DNA of 64,000 nucleotides, taken from the NCBI RefSeq assembly GCF_003704095.1, contig NW_020844050.1, forward strand, positions 62,001 through 126,000, read 5' to 3'. Shown here in pieces: positions 51,401 through 61,882 of this stretch (positions are counted from its first letter, which is position 1; every line of letters begins with the position of its first letter). The stretch is from Pocillopora damicornis. Taxonomy: Eukaryota. The notes beneath the pieces are model-generated. The model did not search any database. It had not been told where the DNA came from and saw nothing but the letters and a program-made list of their open reading frames with translations. The position numbers and the translations under genes are program-made.

Positions 51401-54400
51401 AAAACCGAAACGAATGAGCCGAAGAATCGATCTGGACCTAGATTTACTTAATTTAAGCTCAGAGTCCGTTCGCTACCAATAAAGTTTTAGTCTCGAAAAA
51501 TTTGGTGGTAATATTACAATTTTATCACCTCTATAAAGCCAAATCATTGTGAAAATGTTTGATTAGGAGTTGCCGCTTAGCATAATAATTTCTGACGTGC
51601 CAATGATCAGAATACCTTACATTTAGAAATCGATCGACACGCGACGCCATATCGTTTTCGTGAAATCAACAACCTCCACGACAAGTCGTTTGCTCACGTT
51701 TTCTTCATTCAAATTAAATTTTTTTCTCAAAAATCTGAAACGAATTGATGAAACACCTTAACCTGAAATAAATTGGAAACATTTGTCTCATTTAAAAAAA
51801 AAAAAAAACTAAACGAATGAGATTTTTGTGATGGAAGTTGTTGATTTCACGAAAACAATATGGCGTCGCGCGTTGCTCGATTTCTAAATGTAAGGTATTC
51901 TGATCTTTGGTAAGTTAGAAATGATAAAGTTAAGCGACAACTCCTAAACATTCATTCTTATACTGGTTTGGCTATGTAGAAGTTTGTTCATGAGAGCCAA
52001 GTTGGTAGAAACGGACTTGGTATGGAAGCTAGCGAGCACGGTGTTTGGTTGCAAATGAATCTTTGTCTTGATTGATCGTATCATGAAGTGATCGCTCAAG
52101 ATATACTCTAAAATGCTACAGAGATTTTCATCTATAAATCTTTGTGGCTTTTTACCAAGTTTCATCAATGTTTTCTGTTGGTAATTCCCAATGGTAGCGA
52201 GCGGACTTCGTCATGGTAGTGATCAGACTGTGGTTGGTGGCGATCAGACTAGTAGCGAAAGTACGTGGTGGGACCGGACTGATAACCCTTTAGATGTGAA
52301 GTGAACACTTTCTTAAAATATAATTTTATAAATTTGCGAAATTACACCTTAGAAAACATATAAAGCACTAATAAACCAAGAATAAACAAGGATGGGAAAA
52401 ATATTAAAACTGATTGCAAATGACAGTAATTGTATATGCCAAAAATTGTGATGTAGCTCCTTTAATGTCCATTATTTTGACGTTGACAATTAATCTTTGA
52501 TGTAGAACTTGCTACTTGGCTGGAAGACTTGTGAAGAGTTTGCGTAAAAGACAACCAGAACTGGGAATCACAGATGAGGATATGCTCTGTGTAAGGATTG
52601 CTGGGCTCTGTCATGATCTAGGTTTGTCCCCATCATCATCTTCCAGAAGAAATTTGGTGACCATCATACTTATTCATCTTTATGTGAGAAACAAGTACAG
52701 GCCATGAATAGAACTATTGCCTCTGTAAATACTGTAGTTTTAATAGTTTCAAGTCAAGATGATTTCAGAAAAGTTTGAATTAACCCTTTAACTCTCAGAA
52801 GTGATTAACATGTAGCTTCTCCCTGTAATATACAGACATTATCCAGCAAACAGGTAGTGAGAATACTCAAACTTATCTGGTAGTTGTTATCTTGATCTAG
52901 CACCAAGTTCTTATAACTAATTTACAGGGAAATGTATGGCAGCTAGAGGGGTCAATGTGGTAAGGGTTAATGTGCAAAGAATTAAAGTAAAAGCAAATCA
53001 GACTAGAAGTTTAATTTTATTTTAACTGGAATTCAATTGAGACTACAAAATAATAAGTACAATAATTACTTTCACATAAGAGAGGAAAATGTGTAACTTC
53101 AAATTGCATGAAATTCACATTTAGAGGAAAAAAAGTATAACAGCATCATTTTACTAAGTGGGATGCAAACAATAGTCAGGTATCATTCAAGCTGTTATAA
53201 TAAAATTGGAATTTATTTAGATACAAAGGTATTTCTAGATCTCTGTGATTGAATATTTTAGCTTTTAAATATGAAATTGTAGGATTCTAACACTGTCTCT
53301 GTAGAGAGAAGGGGGTTTTTCAACCTCTATTTGGAGATGAGATGGCTGCTTGTGCTTCTTGATTGATGTTGATTCTTGTAAATGATTAGGTATAATTTGT
53401 TGCAAACAAATATATTTGAAAAATTATAGTTAAGAACAATCAACTTAGTGTTTCATATCCATGCTGATGCTGAACAACATTGCTTTGGGAAACAACTATT
53501 CTTGTATAATTTTGAAGTTTTGTTTAACTTTTGTGCTTTGTTTGTTCATTTTGATAGGTCATGGACCATTTTCACATACATTTGGGGCATTATTTATACC
53601 AACTGCTAGGCCTGATGCACACTGGAAGGTAAATGTACTATAACTTCATGTATTTTTACTGATTATGTGTAGTTTTACTCACCTTGCACTGAGCTCATCA
53701 GATACCACACAAGTCCTAATAATACTCAGTTATACTATTCATCAAAATGTCCAATAAGAATATATATGCAATGAGAAAGTTCATTTAAAACTGTACAGAT
53801 GCATGTAACAAGTACCAAACCTGTTGGCTAAAATAAAAGATACATGAACTGACTAATGTTATTTCTTTTTTAGATGATTTCTAGTGATCTCCAGCTTAAC
53901 ATGAATCTTGTTTTCAATTTTGCAACATGTATGACATACTTCAAGCCAGGTGGTACTTGGTTATGGACAAATTTGCTTTTCAAATCCTGTAAAATAGTTT
54001 TTCATCAAGAAAATACTAAATATTGCTGTTAAGGTGTGACATTTTTGTGCAATTATGAGAAAAGGTCAGGATAAATGTCAACTAATGAAAAGTTTTTACA
54101 CAATACAATCCTTGTGTGTACAGAAGTATGCTCAAGCATTTAAAAATAAAGTCCTGTTACCAATCAATCAAAACTGTGATGAAATTTGGGAAAGAAGCTA
54201 AGATCGGTGATACATTTTTATTAAAAAAACAACAGTTAACAGGACAAAATGCACTACAACAGCATGCACACATAACACTGTCCTAATAGTGCTCAAATTA
54301 GGCTGGTGATAACCAATCACGTTTAATAATTTTGTTATAATTTTAATAAATATGTTATTTCTGTACATAGCATGAAGATGCTTCTGTTAGAATGTTTGAT

Positions 54401-57400
54401 CACATGATGATGAGAAACAAGTTGTCTCCAAGTTTTGAAAAGTATAACTTAACTGAAAGAGATGTGACCTTTATTAAAGAACTAATCGCTGCAACAGTGC
54501 TGGAGACAACTATATGCACCTCTGAGGTATGATTCAGCATTCTGTGTGAGAAGGAGGTGGGGGAACAGGGGCAGGGTGATTATGAAAGTAAGGTTTTCCC
54601 TCAGAAAAATGCATCCAAAGTTTTACTTCCCATACTGGAACCAAAAACAATTTTTTTTCTTCTGCACCTTGCTAAAGGCACTTGCAAATGTGACAATTAA
54701 GGGATGCTTGACTGCATCCACGGGCACGTGTTTTATTACTGTCGGTAGGATTGAATTCACCAGCAAAAAATCTAAAGAGCTGTGAGATCAGCTGTTTCAA
54801 AACAACTGTAGTTGTAACCTAAGGATTAAATCTCCATTTTTATACTTTCTTTCATCCACGCTAAGACAGAGTTGTGGCATTTTAAAAATCACTCAGTTTG
54901 AAGAGCGTGAAAAGTATTGTGATCTGTGGATTACATGTATCTATCTGTATTAGTGTGGATGACAGGCCTAATTACGGAAAGTTGGTATGCGGACTTGGCC
55001 TAAATATTGCCTGGCGAAATAATCAGTGAAATCATGAATATTCATACTTAACCCTTTCACTCCTAAGATCTCGCTAGTAATTCTTCTTACTGTCTGCTAT
55101 ACAATTCTTATGATGTTAGTTCTGAGGTTCGAGCATTGTATCAATAATCCCCTCGTTGATATTTTTCTTTATTCTTATTACTTGTCTGCTTGATATTGTA
55201 TCGATATTGTAAACAGAAAGTCTTTGTTGATCACTCTCTAAGGGTTAGTAGTCCGCTTTTTGTTACTGATACCTCACACCTAAAGCTCTGTACAATGTAT
55301 GAAATGTCTGATTATTATATTAAAATCACATTAAAGGACTGGCCATATAAAGGAAGAGGACCAGAGAAAAGCTACTTATATGAGGTAAAAATACCGGGGT
55401 ATATTGTAGTATCATGTGATATTCTGTCTGAAGATGTTGCAGTCCAATGGCTGACCCGTTTAACTTCGGATCTAAAGGTCTGTGTTCATCAAGCTCTGTT
55501 CAGATCTTCCTTGTTGTGTTCGTGCACAAGACTGTTTGTTTACTCTTATTGAAGTTCTCCACCCAGGGAATTGTATGGGAATCCTAAATTTAAAAAAAAA
55601 GTACATCGTGGGTAGACTACAAGCTGTCTCTCCTTTTCGGCGAAATCCGTTGCGCAAGTCAAAACAAAGAAATTGCCAAAAAAAATTGACATGACGTGTT
55701 AAACATCTACATCGTAAATGTTATACACATGCGAGGCACATAACAGTGTAATCTCATGTTGTACTTATGAGACTTACCTGTGTTTCAGATTGTTGCCAAC
55801 AAACGAACAGGCATTGATGTGGACAAGTTCGACTATTTTTCACGAGACTGTCATTGCTTAGGAATCAACAACAGTTTTGATCATAAGTATTACACCTGCT
55901 TTTGTTGTTAGTCAAAGGAAGGAAGAAAGACAGTGAACTAGGGATAGTCAACTTAAGCCTACAGCTTCCCTGTTTTAATTCAAATTAATTTAAAATTTTT
56001 TTGTAATAGCTCCGAGAAAGAGGAGTGTGGTTTTAATTTATTTCACTCTGTGATGGAAAATTCGTGCCACTTTCTCAACCATTCGGGTAGAAAACTGAAA
56101 CCCTTTGCGACTTGTCTGCACTCTCATGTTTTCCCGCTGTCCACTTTTTTCTTTTTGTCTTTTTACTTCGAGTTCCAGACGTCATTATGTAATATTATCC
56201 TTGGTTCTGTGACTACCTCTCTTTGGTTTTCCTAGTGTCAGTTCAAGTGCACTCAACGTTACAATCACTGAAATTATTTCTTGTTCACAGGCGTTACATG
56301 AAGTTTGCCAGAGTCATCAATGTCAGCGGCAAACTGCAAATATGTGTACGCGATAAAGAAGCAGGCAACGTCTATGATATGTTTCACACCAGAAACAGTT
56401 TATTTCGAAGAGCTTACCAACACAAGACGTCAAATATCATTGAAAGAATGTAAGTTACCGTATGTGGTTTCGTGGTTCTGTAAATAAGCAAAGCGTTTCA
56501 AGTTGTACGCGTAAAATAAGCGTTATAGTTGGTGTTTGACTGGTTGATCTTTTTGGAGATTACACCGTCAACACGTTGTTTGAAAATTCTTTTTAGTGTT
56601 TCGCGCTAATGATTTCTACCGGGAATGTGGCAGAACTTTGGTAAGAAATATGATATAGAAGATTTCGGTAAAAGATTCGTAGATGAACTGTTGCGAATAA
56701 CAACTGACAGTTGATTCGCATTTGACATAAAAGAAACCTAAAAATTCATCGTGCTACAAAGTACATATCTGTTGGTTGGATGTGATCTTTTGCGTCGCTT
56801 CTTTAAATTGTTAGAGACAATCGAATGGCAAGATTTAATTTTCAAATAATTTAAGTGTGTTTTTGTAATTACAGGATTACAGAGGCACTTCTCAAGGCTG
56901 ATAGAAAAGTACTTTTCAAAGGATCAAATGGGTCAGTAAATGCCAGCTTCTTCACATTAACTCTGTCGCTTGGTGCCCTTTTTAGGAGATTGAATTTTAG
57001 GATGCCATGACACATAGTGATACCATTATATAGTTCTCTTGTATTTCAACGGGAAAAAAAAAATTGTTTGGGAGGTTCAATCAATAAACCAGCTTTTTAT
57101 TTTTTTCCGACTAAGGAAAGTTCTCGGGGTAAGGATGAGAGTCGTAAAACAGACAACTTAACCAAAACAACAGACGGGTTTTGCGGGAATCTTAAGGTTA
57201 GGCGATCGGCGAGTAAAATCGCCTGGTGTGTCGCCGGCTTTAAGCACCAGGGAAAAATTTACGACAATTCAGTTGGAGAAAATTGCAGAACAAGATGTAA
57301 TTTCTAAATTTAAAGGCTGATTGTTATGTAAACAACTATGCTCTAACAGTTGAGTTACAGGTGGATCAGGCTATTACAGTTTTCTATTTTTTCGTCGTTT

Positions 57401-60400
57401 GTTAGGAAGATGTTTTCAATTTCTGAATGTATTGATGACATGGAAGCGTATTCACAGCTAAGTGATCACGTGTATTACCAGATCCTTAACTCGAGCGATC
57501 CTGCGCTGGAAGAGGTGATTATCAACAGGAAGGCTTTCTAGGCATAACGTTCGTTATCGGTTTCATTATTTTTAAAACACCTGTTCTTTAAGCGATCGAA
57601 ACTTCCAAGGATTAGGTGAAAGATTACTGACATCGGAAATGATTTCTTCCTTCCAGTTGTAGTTTGCCGAAAACTGGAGTCTAAACTACGCAGTTTTATT
57701 CCATGGGGAGGGGGGAAGGAAGTGTTAATTCTTACCTCCAGCGTTTTTGTGTCGTTTCATTGTTTTGTTTCTTCGCTTGTTTTTCAAGGCTCGTAAAATT
57801 TTGCTCCGAATACAGCGCCGAGACCTTTACAAATGTATCGGCCACTCCATTTTCCGCGAACGTCGAGATGAAGTAAGTTTATCTTGATTTCTTTTTTTTA
57901 GCGATGAAAACGAGAGACGTAATGCAACAAGTTTCACCTTGTTAAAATTAGTGTGAGAAATCAATAAAAATTGATTATCGACAATCAATCGATCAATCAA
58001 TATCAAACACTGGAATGAAAGAAGTAATTGGACTTGCATGGGATGATCGATAATCAATCGGTAATCATTACTGCTGTAGATTGAATCCAAGGATGATGAT
58101 TTTCGCTGATTAAAGTCAGGTGTGCTCGATATCACGTCGTTTCTATGTTTAATTTGATGTAGACTTGCGAAAAGTTATTGACCTTTCGAAATAAGAATCG
58201 ATGATTCTAGAGAACCAATCCTGAAAATGTACAGCAATCGATAAAAATCGACGGTAGCAGTCAAATCATGATGACAGTTACAGGAATTTCCCTTGTCCAT
58301 AAATCATTGATTTGTAGCTTGCGACATCGATGAATTGTTGTCGATTTTAATAAATTGATATCAATTAATTTCGTTGCCTAGCGTTATCATCGATAGGCCA
58401 GGCTGAGGAAGAAGATGAAAATTGATAGAGTAGTGGATGATTTTTGATGAAGGAACTGGTATTCGAAACGTTGTGAATTCTGAGCTCGGTAAGGAATAGG
58501 GGGAAAATTTCTTTTTCCCTTACGCGAAGGTGAGACACACAAAAAAAATGGCGTGGCTCACAGTAGAGTCTCTTTGGTTTAGTGATAAAGCGTTGGAGCG
58601 CGGAATCCGAAGGTCTGAGGTTCAATTCCTCACGAGGAATTTTCTTTGTCCCATGCTCGTGGAAAACACTAAAAAAAAACCATCTTTCTCTAACAGTTGT
58701 TTTAATTTTTATCGGTCAGAAGGAGATTCCAGACATACAGCTAGATATAGCTGGTTATATTGAAGACGGCCCTAAACTCGACCCAGAAGACTTTATAATT
58801 GACGTAAGTATGGCGATGGAATGTGTTCTTTTATTACATGAGTCAGATTAGCACCCGCCTGACTGTCGCGTGGACAGTCTGACGTCTTTTTCTCTCTTGA
58901 TGCAACTTAACTGGGAGTCAGTTTTTTAATGGTGGACAATTTAATCAAGGCTTCTTTTTTTGAAAATCACTCGTACTCACTTTTGTAATCGAGGTTCAAT
59001 GCTTAGCATGGTAAACTTTTTGCAAAAAAAGAAATAGGAAATGGGTGAGAACGTAGTAGCTTTTTTCCATTCCATAGAAGGGCACTTAAAATTCCACCGA
59101 AACTGGTGTTCATGTTTAACAAGAGCAGAACCTTTGTTTCGAAGAATCCAATTTTGTAGGTCTCCCGTTGGAGAAGCAACTCTCAGGGCAAAACGACTTT
59201 TCTTTTCCCAGATGGTCACTTTTGACTATGGAATGAAAGACAGAAATCCAATTGATGAGGTGCGGTTTTACGGCAAGAGCAACCCAGATAAACCTCTGTT
59301 TTTTAGAAAGGATGAGGTATGTTGTTGTTTTTCGATTTAAGTGGATGTTTATGTGGTAAAATTCCGTACACATGAAGATGGCGCTTAGTGGATCTCGCTT
59401 AATTGTTCACGGATATCGGAAGGCAAGCACTTTACGTACCACAATATGATAGTGCTCAAAAGCTTTTGTTTGATTAAGTAAGTAAACCTAATGTGTTTAG
59501 CCCAGATGGACTAATTGGGGACACCAATAAAATAGCAATACTAATTAACATTTGGTACCTATATTATATAGTATTATATTATACTTATATATATATGATA
59601 CTTATTAACATATGGTACTTATTCTATTGGTTACAAAGATTACAGCAATTGCTGTTGATGGTTAAAATGTCTGCAAGATCCAATTTTCTTATTTTTAATA
59701 AAAACGGGTAAACTAGGAGAAGTCGTTTGATTTACGGTAAGTTTTGACCATAAGAATATTCACACACTGGGGTTTTATTCATAGATTAAGAAGTTAAATC
59801 AACCTTTAGTTGTGCAATAATGCGCATTTTCTATTGATTTTGCTTTGTAGTAACCCTCTTTAGACGAGGGGTGTTAATTTTTGCTATTAAAGTCGAAATT
59901 CTTGTGCTAGCGCTGCAAAATTTACTGCATGTAAAGAAAGTGTGAGGTAGCTTTCACCCAGTTGTTCACGTATATTAGAATTACACATAGTGAGCGCCGA
60001 ATAGCACCGGATACTAATCCAACTTTCTCTTTATAAGGTTAGCAACATGCTTCCTGAAATGTTTGCAGAGCAGCATATCCGAGTATATTTTCGCAAGAAT
60101 GACCCTAAACTCCTAGAGAAGGCACAACGGTGAGTTCGTAGAGTTTTTATCGTAATCGACTGCTACTGATTAATGACACAAGAAGTACCGTAGACAGCCT
60201 CTTCCTTGCCTCTCCGTTCGACTAATTGGTATTGCTATATTTTTCTGATTTAATTTTCAGATGCTTCCTCCGCTGGTGTGGTAGGCAGAAGTGTACCACG
60301 CCAAAGGTATGAACCTCAACACGTTAATTTCAGGGAAGAGGTTGGGGAAGGGGAGGAGCGCATATTCCAGAATTTCACGATATATACATATCATCCGGAA

Positions 60401-60692
60401 ATTCGCGCACGTGCATCAACATTTTATCGTGCATTGTAGTAGCATTTAGTTGTAAAACAAGTTTCCACTAGTAGTATGTTTCATTTGACCTTCTGCCACA
60501 AAACCCTAATTTTACTGTCCCCAATGTCACTATCTAATAACTTCCCTCTTTCTCAAAGTTTTAAACTCTCTAATGTTATTGTGCTGTATTTGTTGCTAGG
60601 GAGGGGATGCTCTGGCGGAATTGACACCTATGAAGTCCGCACAACAGGGTGGCCCTAGCAACATGGAGAGACGGCTCAGCTATCAAGAATAA
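48459..60692 (+). CDS. SAMHD1: SAMHD1-like dNTP triphosphohydrolase (HD domain, no SAM domain visible), 549 aa
   Basis: 18 phase-compatible exons: 48459-48585, 49447-49490, 50389-50491, 50756-50813, 52506-52621, 53558-53628, 54371-54526, 55337-55384, 55789-55886, 56291-56449, 56875-56931, 57406-57514, 57789-57872, 58720-58803, 59212-59316, 60038-60129, 60261-60306, 60600-60692 (1650 nt). Motifs [68 protein letters not shown]. Confidence 0.95.
48991..49210. repeat. Hairpin repeat with tRNA-like interior (SAMHD1 intron 1)
   Basis: 'gaaagcgatc..gtagtaatgaacattactt.agc' pairs with 'gctgaagtagtgttcattactac..gatggctttc'. Confidence 0.6.
50836..52279. mobile_element. Foldback-like non-autonomous DNA element with ~450 bp inverted arms (SAMHD1 intron 4)
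   Basis: 50836-51289 is the reverse complement of 51827-52279 with scattered substitutions. An internal direct duplication is seen at ~51165-51420 and ~51560-51820. Confidence 0.92.
52784..52966. mobile_element. piggyBac-type MITE
   Basis: TTAA-CCCTT...AAGGG-TTAA with an intact TTAA duplication; similar to 19922-20132 in the opposite orientation. Confidence 0.8.
55052..55244. mobile_element. piggyBac-type MITE
   Basis: TTAA-CCCTT...AAGGG-ttag; collinear with the 19922-20132 copy. Confidence 0.8.
57958..58400. repeat. ATCGAT/AATCAAT-rich degenerate repeat element (SAMHD1 intron 13)
   Basis: High density of atcgat, aatcaatcg and attgat motifs in both orientations. Confidence 0.5.
58551..58690 (+). 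mobile_element. tRNA-derived SINE-like repeat
   Basis: A-box-like 'tggtttagtgat' and B-box-like 'ggttcaattcc', followed by the tail shared with 24660-24760. Confidence 0.6.
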
Positions 60693-60836
60693 GGGCTGAT
60701 TTTAGTTTTTGATAATTTTACTGGCGAAAAAAATGAAGGAAGTTATTAGATCTATTCAATTCCAGTTTACAACTTCTTTTAAAGCCTTTTTGATATATTT
60801 TTTAATTAAGAAAAAAATTATATGTTACCGTGTAGT

Positions 60837-60975
60837 GGGTATGTTGTTCGCGCCAATCAGATCGCCACGTTAGGGTATGTATTGCACCAAACAGATTGCC
60901 GCATTAGGGTATGTATCTCGCACCAATCATATCACAGCATTTGGATATCATGCCCCAATCACAGCCTTTGGGTAT
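60837..60975. repeat. ~30-35 bp tandem repeat containing CCAAT (about 4 copies), downstream of the SAMHD1 stop
   Basis: 'gggtatg...caccaa(t)ca.at..c.gcatt' units. Confidence 0.7.
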
Positions 60976-61741
60976 TGTTTTCTTGTAAATGATGTCATGG
61001 AAACAGAGGGCTGTGCACAAAGAGTGGCATTAACAAGAAATTTGGGCTCATTTGATAAGTGTTATGATTGTGGCCTTTGCAAGAGCCTCGTCGAGTAAAG
61101 TCGAGATTTATCAGAATATGAAAGGGTCGCATTTATTTTTATTGTCATTTTAAAGTTAAAACGTGTTTTTCCGCTCCTTTTCTCACAACGTACACGCGAA
61201 ACAACTTTCCATCACGTACTGTGAAAACAACGCCCAAAGTCCAATCAGAACATACCCAATTATTGCACTTCATGAACGTAAGGTAATTTTTCACGTGCTT
61301 GAAGGACCTGCATTTTATCATGTATTCTACCCGAATTATCCAACACCACTGTAAAAATTTCACAGTAAACTTTGTGCTACTGATAGTGAATTTTTCACGC
61401 ATTCTCCCGCGTTTTGACTTTTCAACGAAATTCGCTTTAGCTACCTATGAATTAACCCATTCGCTTGTTAAACCTGCATTTTATTACGTATTTCACACAC
61501 GGGGCAGAATCCAGATAGGCAGCAACCAATCAAGGAGTCCTCTTTGAAATATTATCCTTTTCTCTTGCTTAGTGTATCTTCCCCTCCACAAGATCACAAT
61601 GTCTTTGGTTAGGGTCTATTGGAGATATGACAGTTTTAGTTTGCTTTTCGCAGTTAAATTACGTGGAATTATATTTTTTAGGCGACTAACTGTAGACGAA
61701 TAATTTTGATTTTCTTTCCGTTTGAGGAACGGCTGTAAGCG

Positions 61742-61837
61742 TAGTCTCTTTTGCAACCGTTATTTGGTCTCGTCACACCATGGCTCTCTCTCCAACGTGG
61801 AATAGAGAAGACCAAACAACGGCTGCGAAGGAGACTG
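61742..61837. repeat. Small palindromic MITE
   Basis: 'tagtctcttttgcaaccgtt..ttggtct' pairs with 'agaccaaacaacggctgcgaaggagact'. Confidence 0.7.
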
Positions 61838-61882
61838 CAGTAAGCGTGGTATCCATGCATTTTATTTTTGTTCAGATGTATT

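Noticed and set aside
50768-52168. Paired similar ORFs (134 aa plus, 74 aa minus) suggesting a nested gene
   Set aside because: Both are translations of the two arms of the foldback element.
58570-58632. tRNA gene
   Set aside because: Only degenerate A/B boxes, no complete cloverleaf, and a tail shared with other repeat copies, so SINE-like.
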